A DNA stretch of 64,000 nucleotides from assembly GCA_964035545.1 (NCBI GenBank), contig OZ037766.1, positions 1,364,001 through 1,428,000 on the forward strand. Reading direction: 5' to 3'. Under the pieces are notes generated by a model. The model was not told the origin of the DNA. It saw only the letters and a list, made by a program, of their open reading frames with translations, and ran no database searches. The position numbers and the translations under genes are program-made. Origin of the DNA: Bugula neritina (taxonomy: Eukaryota; Animalia; Bryozoa). This document shows positions 26,048 through 40,300 of the stretch, piece after piece (the first letter of the stretch is position 1; every line of letters starts with the position of its first letter).

Positions 26048-28914
26048 CGCTAGTCAATAGCTGGGTTAGTTCATTGATTGCATATATAGTACATCTCCCA
26101 CCATGCCTTATTACACAACAACCTTATCTTATACTAAATTTAATATAATATATTGCATTGACGTAGACCAAAGTGCTGGCCATATATACTAAGTGCACAG
26201 CTTTGGTATATTTTATGTTCCATATTTCCGTGCCATTAATTTTATAATATATACGTGGGTTATCTTTGCTAATAAACTCGGGAAACTTTTCAAATATGTT
26301 GAAAGTAGTTTCGAGGAATCACTAACTCAAGCGATACTAGTTTATGGCTATTTCTGTTTAAAAACCTGGAGTTAAAGTTAACCTATTTGCAGCATTTCAA
26401 AAAAATTATTCCATCTACACGGAAAACAAGCTACCAATATAAAAATATAGCTATATACGCATTTACGGAAGGAATAGCTTGAACAATAGAAACTACCCGT
26501 GCATGTGTGTGTTTTCAACTTCAAAGCTGTGAAATCAGTCTAGTAAAACTCTACTGGGACAACTCTGCTGCCTCAAGCAGCGCTGTCGGCAATCAGTATG
26601 GTTCTGACCAATCATGCATCAGTTTACAAATTTATTATTTGTCAAGCTGTATTATTACTAAGAGATGTGAGACTGCATTCTTATCAAACCATAGAGTTGT
26701 TTTCTACTGTTTTCTTAACTCGAGCATGAATTCAAAACAAACAACAATTTTTCTCTCTTGAGAATTCTATTTATGCAGGTAAATGTCTGTGTATTATATT
26801 TCATATGCATTATGTTCAATATGCATGATTCCTGTAGTATAGAAGTTTAATTGATTTATTTGTTTGGTCGATGAAGCCCTAATTCCTAAGCATAGCCTGC
26901 TTTCTACAGCAAGTTATCTCCCCCCCCCCCCCTATAAAACACAATAATCACTGCTAGGTATGTATTATTTAGTACGCTGCAGCTGCATGGCAAATGATGC
27001 AGAGACCCTGTTACTTTATCCACTTTCAGTTCTAAAATATTTCCTGGAACTGGCTTGTAATACTTTATTTGTTGAAGCTGTGACAAATGGAATAGCTACA
27101 ACTGCCTATTATTTTGAGATCAACATAATCTACAAGGAGCTACCAAAATTATTGCACAGGCCAAACAAGTGCTTCGCTTTATAAATTCAGTTGAAATTTA
27201 AACAATTACATAAGGACTCCAAAAATGAATATTACATAAGGAACTAAAATGTATCTTTAAATTCAGTTTGTTACTTGCAGGCAGCTGTGTGTTCACTAGT
27301 TCTCCATCTCTAAGTCATGTGACAATGTACAAACATCAAAGTCACAGTTTGTTCTCTATATGATTACTTAATTAAACATATAGAAGGTTGTTGCAGAGGT
27401 TCTTGTTCAGGTAGTTGTCTGTAGAAGTTACTTATCTCACCTGTGGTAGGTATTGGCAGTGTTTACTTAAAGAGGATAGGCACCAAACTAGCCTGTATTA
27501 ATTTAGTGCCAGCAAATGTCTAGAACCTAAACTCTATCAAATAAAAGCATGGAAATTGTGAAACTCTATCATGCCTGTCTTAGCTGAGGAGTAAAATTCT
27601 TTCCACTCCTATTTTATGTCTATATATATTATATCTATTTCATATCAATTTGGCATTTAAAAGTTGGTACTTATATGGTTATGTTTAAATTTGAAAACTT
27701 TCCAACTTCTAATATCTTCTAAAATCCTGCTCTTGTATGCTGCCTTGTGTGAAGGTCAAGTAATAGTGTTGCTGCCCACCCCTTTGTAATTTAAGCTTGT
27801 CAGCATCAGCTGAAAACTAATGAAAACCTAAAATCCTAAACCCTCAGTCATCTGCTGCAATATTAACTTTTAGCACTGTACCATTTGCTCAATATTCAAT
27901 AAGTATTGCTTATAGTTTATGAGGCATTTGCATCAGCCCACAGTACCAGAGGTGCTATGTTTCAGTAAGATCCTGTTGTAGTTCAGAGCTAACCAGGAGA
28001 TGGCAGAGTTGGTTGTTTTGTACCAGTAGAATGTGGTGAGCAGGATGTTTGTAATATAAATAGAGGAAGTGGACTCACTGTTATGTTAAGCATAGCATCC
28101 TGCATGCAGTTGCTTAGTTAGAGTACTAATAATATGAAAATATTTAGAATTATATTTTCATAATTTCTCTAATCAACATTTTGTGTGCTACAAACCGGAC
28201 TTGTATGAGGCTAGCCTGGATTTCTGTCTTTGAAATACAGCAGTGGTTCCGTAACCAGCTCAAAGTTTTAAACTCTAAGGAATCCTGACTATTTAGCACA
28301 TTCTTCAAACTTTTCCGAGAATTCTTTTGTAAATAAAACTTGCAGGTAGTCCTTGAACTTTTAAACATTTTCCTTTACAGTATTTTCATTTGTTGTTGAC
28401 TTAAACAACTTTCTACTTGACCAGCATATGAGCAATAAAAATATAAAAACTTAAAAATAAACAACTTTATTAAATACTACACCAAGTTACCTGGATAATA
28501 ATTCTTTGAAGACTTGCCAGGTTGGAGAGGTTTCTGGAAGGATGACAGCTAAGTCTCATAGACATTCAGTTGAACTCTGTCTGCAGCTTCTGTAAAGACA
28601 GCGCTGCCTGTGCTCAGCTAAAAGTTGGATATTTTAGTTTTATGTTACGTTTTGACTTAATGTTTTCCATGTTGCTGGCACACCAAGTGATTTGATATAG
28701 GAGTGCAATACCTTCTGGGTGGCATTGGAGTCTTTTGTTCCAATCCACAAAATGTTAGAATAGGGTAGTGCTGAGTCACTTGTAAAATGGAGTGTAGTCT
28801 ATTATTTTGCACATACTTTTTGTTCCATTATTTAAATTGTCTTTTCATACTAATTCTATAGTGTTTATTGTCAAAATTTAAATTGAATTGATCTTCAAAT
28901 TAGCAACATTTTTT

Positions 28915-29110
28915 ACAGTTCTACTGTAGAAATAGCCCTCTCAACAGTTCTACTGTAGAAATAGCAGTGTCAACAGTTCTAGCGTAGAAGTAGCAGTGTC
29001 GACAGTTCTACTGTAAAAGTAGCCCTCTCAACAGTTCTACTGTAGAAATATCAGTGTCAACAGTTCTACTGTAGAAGCAGCACTCTCAACAGTTCTACTG
29101 TAGAAGTAAC
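28915..29110. repeat. 29-bp minisatellite containing the palindrome TTCTACTGTAGAA, ~7 copies
   Basis: Units of the form acagttctactgtagaaatagcagtgtca. Confidence 0.9.
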
Positions 29111-29944
29111 ACTATGAAAGTAGAGAGAATCAACAATCACATCTCATTCATCTATTCATCTGCCTGTATCCAGTGGACCAGTTTCTACGAATTTGAACTG
29201 ATATTGACTACTCAACATTGGCACAGCCACTAATCATCCTTTAGCTTTACAGTTCTTGGAATTCTGTGCAATAAGACACATTTCCATTAAGATATTTGCT
29301 ACAGAACCCAATTAATTAGTCTTTGGTTTACCCACCCACATATGATACAATAGTGTAGTGAAAGGCACTTTCTTCGACTAAATCAGCATATGCTATGTAT
29401 AGTTGCTATACAGTGCATTATAGGCTTAGAAAAAAGGTGAAAGGTTAAAATGAAGCTGAATTTTCAAACCTTGTTACAGAACAGAAGTTGAAATGTTGTT
29501 TATTTTGCTAGAAAGTCTACATACTTGGAACCCTAATTAGCATGCTGTTTTATTATTACAGAATTTGAAATTTGAAATAAAGTTTAGAATCTGAAGTTAT
29601 TGTAAAACTACTGTGTTATTTGTCGCCATTTCTGTTGGTTTTGTATGTTAAGCTCTAGGACTCTCGAGATAGTTGTTTCAACTTTAAATTTTATTCAATC
29701 TGCATGATAAAAGTTCGTGTTTTCAACCAGGTTTAAAGATGAGAACTAATGGCAATACAACATAGTATTGTTTACATGACTATTTGGTTGAATAATTTAT
29801 TTTAGTAGAAGAATATTTGATCTATCATAGGTTATTAGTTAGCTAAAATAATGTATTAATAAATGTGGTTATATAGTTGTAAGGTTAAAAGTGTTTTGAT
29901 AAACAGAAACATGACTACAGCTCTAGGCAAGCAATGCACTACAC

Positions 29945-30065
29945 TGCTCTCCTCTGCTCTCCTCTCTCCCCCCCCCCCCTCTGCTCCCCTCTGCTCACTT
30001 CTGCTCCCCTCTGCTCCCCTCCCAGTTCCCCCTTTTCAACACCCCCTCCGCCTGTGCTCCTTCTC
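29945..30065. repeat. Pyrimidine-rich (ctctgctcccc) low-complexity tract
   Basis: Repeated ctctgctccc. Confidence 0.75.
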
Positions 30066-30545
30066 CAACACATTGAAACAAATTCTTGTGAGACTAAATT
30101 ATGGTTTATAGAGAATTCTTGATGGTTAATTTATTCTGTAACCTTGTAATGGAGAAATTTAGCTAGTTTTTGTAAAGACAAAGTGTTAAAACATTCAAGT
30201 AATGTTTGCACTTTAGTCAAGAAATGTTATTCAGGGAATTCATTGCTGGCCTTGGAACAATATAACCTAAATTCATCATTCTTAAAAAATGTATGGAACT
30301 TCCATTTGACCCCTCGTTATGTTGACAGTAAAGTCAACTCAAACAATATCATGCATACTTTAAAAAACATCTGAAACCCACAATGGAAGTTGAGGTTTTT
30401 GGGATAATAAAGTGTCGCTGTTTTAGTCATCAAATAACAGGATGGCAGCTGGTTTTGGGGTACAAAACTTACAACCAGCAATAAAAATAATAATAATGGC
30501 TATTTATTCTGTCTGACTAATATTCTGTTATTTTGTTATTGACAG

Positions 30546-30632
30546 ACATCATTTGCTGCCGCTACCAACTCTGAGGCAGCAGCCAAGGTAAAGCCAGCCG
30601 GCATCCATCTGCGAGTTTTAGAAATACCGAAG
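30546..30632 (+). other. Candidate 5' UTR exon of receptor B
   Basis: ttttgttattgacag acceptor and aag|gtatgt donor around a GC-richer segment upstream of the ATG exon. Confidence 0.35.
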
Positions 30633-31399
30633 GTATGTGTGTGTATTATTTTATTCGTAATATTGTAATCATAGTAATAATTATAATAATATTGTCCACT
30701 AAGTACTGGGGCTTGTCATTAGATATTGTGATTACAAAAAGAAAAGGTACGGCTTGCTTTGAGTGCTCGGTCTAATTCTCTTTTGAAAAAAGTAAAACTT
30801 GACACATTTACTTGAAGATGTTGCGTTGTTTTTTGTTTTTAAACTAAAACAACAGAATGGCGCAAAACAGTTCTATTTCAGCACAGAACTGTTTTCTCAT
30901 AGAAGTAACAAGTAAAATATTAGAACCAGTTTGAGTTTGATCATAGCTTAGAAGCTGCCTTAGATTCACACAGCTAATAGTAGATACTGAGGTGTGTACC
31001 ATAACTCAGACTGAGTGTATGACACATTTTCTTCCAGGTCCTCAGACTTTTATTGCAGGTTACAACAAAAATACCAAAATTATACATTTTTCTTGAATAT
31101 TATAGCAAGTTTTTTTTTCAAAAGTTAGGAAGTATATCATCTTTCCTAGTTTAATTCCAACTGAAAAATTAAAAAACATCTCATTAAGTCTTGGGTAAGA
31201 ATTGTGTTAAATTTAAACTATTTGTTGAATATTAGGCACTATTAGTATTATATTTATAGTGAGAAGTATAATATTTTTCTAAGGCTCTAAGCTAAGGGAA
31301 CATTTGTTGCTCCACAGAAAAGACTATCTGTATATGTAGGTTTAGAAAAAGAATGATTATCAGGTGAAGATTTACTAAACCATCAGAAAGAAGATACTC

Positions 31400-34300
31400 A
31401 TGGAGCTAAGTCTGTGGTCGTTGGCTGTGCTGCTTTTGGCCTGTGGAGCTAATTCTAGTCAAGGTAAAATTTTATTTTTTGCGGTTTGGTTGATCAATTG
31501 AGATTGGTTTGGTTGATCAATTGAGATTCGCATCTTATCAGCACTTGTACTCAGTGACTCCAACTCCTGGACAGTCGGCTGGAAATTTGCACGTTGGTTT
31601 TGAAAGTACCTTGGAGAGAATGCTGAAGTCTGGAATTTGGAGTTTGAGGGGCACAGGGAGTCATATAAACCCTAAAACACTTCCAAATGTTTCTCTTGTA
31701 CTAACTGAGCTTTGTTAGACCATTTATATGGGCTGATAGAAAAAGAGACTTCTATTTATAATTGAACACAAATTCATATCAAAATATGCACCTAGTCCTA
31801 GTAATATCCATATTACTCTAATAATATTGTGCGAGTAAATCTTTTCAATTTTGTAAGTTTCACATTGCATAAAACCATAGTGCATTTTAAAGCAATGTCA
31901 ATATAACACTTAATAATTGTATCAAATGACACTGACATTACATTTCCAGATGTCAGGCTGCCGGTAGTCCTAAACCAGGAGTGTTACTCTGAGCGCTTCA
32001 CCAACCTGATTTGCTTGTTCGAGACGAACATGGAGTTAAATGAATCTGTCAGCTGGAACGTGACGTACATTACCAGGTGGGTTATATTCGCTTTCACCAA
32101 GCAACTGGCTGATTGCTTTTGTGTCTTTAAATGTCCAGAGTGCTGACTGGGAAATAAAGAAAATAAAACTGGAATTCATATCAATAATGATACTAACTTC
32201 AATGAAAATGTCGGTTTAATAGTACCCAAGGAAGCTCTCACTATGATACTTGGAAGGAAGACCAAACTATTGTTCACAACGACATAATATTAATTTCGAA
32301 GCATAAACCCTGAGATTATTTGAGAAAATAGAAGTTACATTTATTAGCTATAAAAACTAATGATTATATATTGCTGTCTAATATTATTTAAAGGCTTACT
32401 CTAAAAGCCGACAACTTCCATGCATTATGTATACCTCTCGAATTTTAACAAAATTTGCAACAAAAGCCATGAAGTAAATATTATTGATCCTCTACAGAAG
32501 TTGATTAAGATAGAACAAATTGGAAATAGCTCAAATAAATGAAATCTACCAATTTAAAACTTCTCAAATTTTAGAGCAAGGCGGCATTGTGTTATCGGGA
32601 AGTGTACCTACCTTGCATGTGATTCGCTGAAGGTGTTGCCAGTTGTCCGGTCAGGGAGAGACTATCAGATGCTGCAGTGTCTAATTAAAGGCAGCACTAA
32701 AGTGTTTATAGATGCTTTGTATGACTGGCAGGTGACTGGAGTCAGCAATAACCTCTCCACGTCATCACTTACCAGCACCAAACTTTCTTCAGACATCTGT
32801 AAGTTCTGCTAACTTGTATACATTTTTTACCTCCACTGGAATTCAAACTCGAGACCTCCGGCTTGCGGGCAGGGGATACTGAGTAATCTCAACACTGCGT
32901 CCCACCTAGTTCTCTGAACTTCACTAGCCTCTCTACTACTCTTTCAGTCACCAGGCTCCCCTGGCCTCTTGACTCCCTCAGAGTACAACTACACTTCACT
33001 AAAGGTCAAAATAGCTTATGAAGCTTTTGTCCCCCCCCCCACTGGGATTCGAACCCGAGACTCCTTACTGGCAAGCAGGTGCGCTAACCATCATACCACA
33101 GGGACCACTGGGTAAACTCAACCCTACAGTTTGTTAAAATCTACAGTATTGATTTTATAATTAACCAATTAAATAGCTTCAAAGCAAAATTCACATTTAT
33201 GTTAAACAACAAGTTGCAATAGTTGTGTGGAGTTATCTATTCGTATTCTATGTATGTTGGGAATACTAATTACACAGTGAAACTGGAGGCTCCAGCTGTT
33301 TTGAGTCACATCTCTAGAAACGACAGCCTGTCAGTGAAAGTTCAGCTCTATGAAGAAGATATGCTGACAATCAGCTTTGGTCAGTTGGGGATGATAGAAG
33401 CAGCAGTAATGAGTCAAGGGATTAACTACCTCATAGATGTGGAAAGTCAACACACAGAAGCTGTGAGTAAAATGGCTGCTGTAGTACAGGTATATCATTC
33501 TTCATCAGCTGTGGCTTTTTTAGTTTGAAGTTTTGGTTTGCAGGTTAAATATCTCCACTATTAGATAGAGCCTTTATTGCAGTGTTGAGCCCCAAATATA
33601 TTTTATTACATTTTCTGCATATGGTAAAATTAAATGCAGTATATTCTTGTGTTGGCACAAACGCACTATGTATTTATATTACTGTATTGTAATAATATAT
33701 GAACATGAGTTATGTATATTGCTTCATGTACTGTGATAATATATGAACATGAGTTAGTGTATATTACTGTATCAATTGTGATAATATGTGACAATGAGTT
33801 AATGTAATATATAATATGATATGGTAGTGCAATAAGATAATACAATAAGATAATATAATACAGTATTACTGTTCTCTCCACAGAGTCACTTCCAGCTGAA
33901 ATACACTGCAATGGACACCACCAACTGGTTACACATTCCAAATCTCCAGCCAGGCACAAACTACACAATTAGAATATTCAATCAGATAAGACAGGCAGCT
34001 TATGGCAGCTACTGGGGTGATGCCACTCAACTTATGGCGACCACTCTCCCACCTGGTGAGAAATTTACTCATGTTGAGAACTCTGCTTTTAATGTGTGCA
34101 TAAAATAAATTTCAAGATTATACATAAAAACTGTGTTGTGAAAGAAAAACAACATTTATAAGCGAGTAATTAGACAGAAAGATGTTCTTTAGGACGAAAG
34201 TTACTTTCAACTGCAGAGGTGTTTGTTGTATATACGCAGTTAGACTGTAAGCATTAGAGACCTCATTGCATGATGGTTGCTGTGAAGTTTATAAACTTCT

Positions 34301-37300
34301 CACCAACACAGAAGAGATGATGTCACACACACTTCCTGTTTCATAGGGTGTATTTCTGAAACACTCTTCTACTATTTAGGTACAGAAATGCCAAGAGCTC
34401 TGAGTGATGAGCTCTCGCCTATAGCTGTTGATTCTTTGACAAATTATATAACCATGGCAGCAAACTATGTAGCAGAGGATGGATACGCAGGCTATGAGGC
34501 CCGAGTTGGAGATACAGTAACTATCCGCTGTAGAATCAGAAACGCAACTGCGCCTCGAGATCTCTTGTACTCAAATGACAATGGTGCTATTGGTTTCCTT
34601 CAGGAAACAGATAATAGGTATGAGCCATGGTGTCTATTGAGCGAAGGTTCCCATGGTAACAGTAGTCCTTGGTAACAGTTGTTATGGTGACATTAGTTTT
34701 GTAACAGTTGTTATGCAGTGCTTGGTAGCAGTTGCTATGATAATATTAGTCATTGGTAACAGTTGCTATGATAACAATAATAATAGCCATTTCGTAACAT
34801 GAATAAGATAGAATATTGCATGGGGAGACTGCGAACTTGATGTTGCTCAGATATTGGTATGTGAGTCACTGTTATAGAATAACGAGGCTAGAGGACTCAG
34901 ATTGGGTGAACATAACTTTGCACGATGTTCAAATAGCAGACAGCGGGATGTATTCTTGTTCAGATGATGAGAAACGTCTGAGAGTAATTGAATCAGGTAT
35001 GTGGTACAACAACTCCCCTCTTAGTACATTTGATGACTTGAACTGGCTCATTTTTAATTCAATACCTTTTAAATAAAGCTCTAGCAACTGGGAACAAAGA
35101 TGGTTATTCAATTTTAATTTACTCGATACCTACCCAACTTGCAGTTTTGAGTATTGTTAACACTTCTGGGGTTCAGTTTTGTGTCTATCACACATAGCTT
35201 TGGCTGCAGTACAAAATAGAAAAACAAAAACAAAATTATAAAAGTTTAAATTAATTTGGATAATGCATTAATATCTTGAATTATAATGTTACTTGCTGAG
35301 TTTTGTCACAAGTTTAAAAATAATTTCCACAGTCACTGTAGTCTTTAGCTGTAAAATTTTATTTTATTTTGAACTCTATATAAAGTCAGACGCATTTCAT
35401 TTTTCATCTTAGAGCTCATACATGTGATATCTCTTACATATGGCATCTCATGTGATGTTGCACGTGGCGTGTGCAGTTTATACTGTAATAGATTATCTAA
35501 TAAGTGAAAATATAAAAACTGATATAGATTTCTAAACTGACAACTAATACTTTGCTTATAAACACTGGGTACAAATGTGTTATTTATTTTAGCCGTGGAT
35601 CCATCTACAGCGCTGGCTTATGAAACTACAACAATAGTGCAGAGCATGAGGCTAAGTGCCAGACTCATGATGGACGCGAAGTATGTGAACATCCCCAAAC
35701 CTAAACACTCGTCCTTCAAACACTACGCCGGCTATGTAGCCAAGGTGGGCGACACAGTGACCATCAGCTGCGAACTATACGACTACTCATCCACCCTTAC
35801 TCTACTAAAGACACTGTCGAATGGAACTAGGCTATTTATAGACATGACGAAAGACAGAAGTAATAGGTACGATCATGTTTGATAATAATTTTAACTACAA
35901 CTATAGAGGAGACGACTTCATGATTGTGAACTAATGCAATGGTTGGAATAAATAGTTTACTTTGTAGCGTCAAACTTAACCAGCATTTGAAACTTCGACT
36001 GAGTAATAACTTTGTTTTTTTTTCTAGGAAATTAAACGTATTTAGTCATTATGATTTGAAGAGTTGGTGGAGCATATAACATAACATGTTGTTTGGAGTT
36101 GAGTTGTTTTCTTGTATTTCACAAGACAGCAGCTGCGGCTGTGGTCAGTAGAGTGTTTTACTGCTAAATGACTCTCAAGTTGGTAACTTGTCAGTATTGA
36201 AATGACACTTTTCAAACCAAATCTCCATCAATTACAGCTACTCACTTGCCTTGCTTGCCTTACTGCAAGCTTTTAAATGCACAGTTGTTGCCTTGGTAAC
36301 AACTTACGTACGCTTGTAACTTACATCTCTACCATTACACTTAGTTATACAATCACCTTGTTGCAGAGTTTCAGTCAACAGAACAAATAAATGGCTAAAT
36401 GTGACGATCTTCAGCACGCGAGAAGAGGATTCTGGGAAGTATAAATGTTCCGACGATCTTCGATTTCTGACCGTAGTGAATCCAGGTGAGTATAGCCAGC
36501 CAATCAAACGCCAGCTCATGTTATGCACACAATTAGAACTCAATTTGTATTGGTCACTTTCCATGAATTTTCTTTTAATTAAGAATAAGTCTTTGGGGAT
36601 TTGATTCCATCTCAAATTGAATAAACCGATTGAATTGAAGTAAATAAAATAATTATGCTATGAATATCTCACACAATGTGAGCTACAATGTAAAAATGTT
36701 AATCAACATTTGTACAGTCAAAGACTGAAACAATTTTCTTTTGCAATTTTGTTTTAAAAATAACGGATTTTAAAATTTGAACCATTTTTTTCCTGTATGC
36801 GAAACAGCACATGGCACCTTTTATCTGTTGAGTTATAATAGTTACAATGCAACATGATATGTAGAATTATTATACTTCAATATTATAATCTATTATGTAA
36901 TAACATCTTTATTTCAGCCACTCCTAGTAAGTATAAAAAGTTGTTTTGAATATGGCTATTGCTATTTTAATAATAGATATTTGTGAGCATTTCTTTTCTT
37001 GTAACAAACTTATTGTGACTTTGTGGTGTGTTTTTCAAAATGTGCTAACATTTCTTATTTCACTGCTCAATGGTTATCTACATATTATCTTGCAGCTCAT
37101 TGGTTATCTATATCTTATCTTACAGCTCATTGATTACCTACATATTATCTTGCAGCTCATTGGTTAGATACATCTTATTTTACAAATCATCTGTTATCTA
37201 TATCTTATCTTACAGCTCATTGGTTATTTGTATCTTATCTTACAGCTCATTGGTTAGCTACATTTTATTTCACTGCTCATTAGCTACATCTTTTCTTACA

Positions 37301-40300
37301 ACTCATTGGTCCCTGATATCATATCTTCTCATAAGTTATTGAATAACAAATTTCAAGCTATTCAGTTTTGTGTAACCTATAGTTTCACTTTGTGTTGTAA
37401 CATCATTTAAAAGTGGATAGAAATGCTACCAGTTGCTCAGCACTTCTATATAGATAAAAGAACTAGTAAGAACAATGATATCTGCTTATTGCACATGCCC
37501 TTATGGTTTGGCTGCCTTTAACTATATAGAAAATATTACGCCCATTCTGGGGTTTGAACCCAATCTGCATAGCAGAGGGTGGTAAGCACTTATCCATTAC
37601 TCTACCAGGCCTGCCCTAATAAAAAGAATTGAATAGTTTGTTGTTTTTATGCTATCAGAGAATCCACCGAGGGTAACAGGACACAGGTGTGAGTCATACA
37701 GAGACGAGAACTACACCTGCACGTTTGACACAAATACCATTTCCACTGACGTTGTGTTTTGGACACTTAAATTTTCTACAAGGTAGTTTAAAACTTAAAT
37801 TGCCAGCGTTATTAATACTTGACCAATGTTATTACCACTTGACCTATATGTAATAGTTGACCTATATAAATACCACTTGACCTGTATGTAATAGTTGACC
37901 TATATAAATACCACTTGACCTAAATGATGCAATAGCTGACCTATATAAATACTACTTGACCTATATGTAATAGTTGATCTAAATAAATACTACTAGACCT
38001 GTATGAACTATGGTGTAATACTTGACCTATATAAATACCACTTGACCTAAATGATGCAATGGTTGACCTAATATTAATACCACTGCAGTTCTAACAATAC
38101 AGCTAAACTTATGTGAGTAATACCTGGTCTAGATTCATTATGACATACTGCATATTTAGAAAGACATTTAATCTTGCACTGTTTCATAAAAATACCAATA
38201 CCTTGACAATACATTGTCAGAATTGCTTTTGCCCTGTTTATGTATGAGAGTTTATAAAGGTTTGGTATTCTAACTTCAATATGCAGCAAATAATTCATTT
38301 GATGTTCTAAACTTTAATCACCATTAAAATAGATATAATATCTTATAACAGAGAGATTAGACATTGCCTTGGAGGTTTTTGTAAAAACCTGGAATGTAAC
38401 AAACTGACGGTGGTTCCGGGAGAGGCTGGTGCCTTTGACCAACTCGTCTGTGAGAATCAGAGTTTCTGGTTTATAGACATGGTTTACGACTGGATAATCA
38501 GGGGAGATAACCCCTTCATCAATCACACTTCTACACTCTCTACTATTCTCAACTCCTCTGTTGGTATGCAATTAATCAATTGACACTAAGGGAGTGTTCA
38601 TTTTTGGAAATAGTCCTTTATTTCTAATATGAAGATAGTTAACAGCTTTGGCAGATGAATGATTTGGAGTTGTCTACTTAAAATTTACCCTGACAAATAG
38701 GGCTATTTCAGTCAGGAAAAGTTTTGATTCAAAATCTTTTATTAGGTTGTAAATGATATATAGAGAGCATAGTCTTGGTTGAACTAGCTGCAGTATATGA
38801 AGCAGAAACATTATTTTTCCAAAAAAAAAACTTTGTTATTCTTATTTCAAATTTGTCCAACTAAAATTAGGTAAGGAATTAATACATTTTAAATTTGTCA
38901 TACTTTGCGTTAGACTGACACAATTCTTATCGCATAATTTTAGTAAAACTGGGACCACCAAATATAGTCGATCATAAAAGTCTCTCTGATAGCATCTCAC
39001 TTGATGTTGCATTGTTCAATAAAGACTACAATTCACTAGTCTATGGCTATGCCGGGCACGTAGAAAACGCCGTCATCAAATATGGGATGAAGATTCAGGT
39101 CACTCTAAGGTCACATCCTCAGTTTGAGTCGTCTTCCCTTGATAAGACCCCAAACGTGGTAAGCCAGGATGATATTTGCTCTAATATGTTATGAAGTTGC
39201 AGGTGTTGCTTTAAAATCATGTCATATAACCTATCCAACCGGTATATGTGGAACAGCCAGAACTGTGAAAAGCTTGATCATGTTACCTGTATTTTGCATG
39301 AACTACTAGAACTAGAATGAAGGCCCAGGTTACTAGCAGATTAGTATAATATGCTATATGCTTGCTATAGCAGTTTTAGACCTGTAAACTACTTGTATAT
39401 TATTGTTAGTGTTTACAAGTTATTTCAACATGTTACCAATTCTAGCACTAAAGTATGCATGCAAAGTATTAATTAGTTGAATTAAGTCACACAAGAAATT
39501 GTTAGGTAGCAAAAAACCTTAAAATATAAAAAGTGTGTTTGTTACTAGTGTGGTAAATATTATGAGTTATCCCCCTTGACACTTTACTTATGGCTATTTT
39601 TCTAAATACTGTAATCATAGCTAATTATGTAGCGTAACTTTCTAATACCTTAAACACTATGGCTAATGTTGAGCTTTTAACATAGTAAATAGTTAATCCC
39701 CTTTCCCCCAATTACAAGTTACAATACGCATAGACTTGGTTGGGTTCTTTTTTGTTGATTCATGTAAACCGACAGTTGGACCGATTTCGGCAGGTGGATG
39801 CAGGCAGACCGAATGTCGATTACCGATATTTCCAGTGTCGGTTGCCGACATGACGAATGTCGGTATCCCCTGCCGAATATCGGCCCGCTGTCGGTAGAAG
39901 GTTCTAGAAGTCCTTTGTTCTACCAGTATAAAAGGACACGCATTTTAGAGCTTCAGTCACTTGCGGACTGGAGCTCACACTGGATACTTCTCACTGCTAC
40001 AATAAAGTACTGCAAGCACATGGCAACCTCTCTCTCTTGTCTCTTCTATAACAAGGAGTTATGTTCTCTGCCTGATTTCATTTTATCACCCACAAAACTA
40101 CTACACTAGTTCTAACACTAAAGTTGCGTACCAATACTCCACAGGAAGTGAGAGTATATACCAACAAAGGACCAAGGAACTGGATATACATCTCGGACCT
40201 GGAACCCTACACCACATACGATATCAGCGTCACTAATCAGTTGAACAACACCGTGAATACAGACATCTGGAGCCAGTCTACCAACCTCACCCTGTCCACC

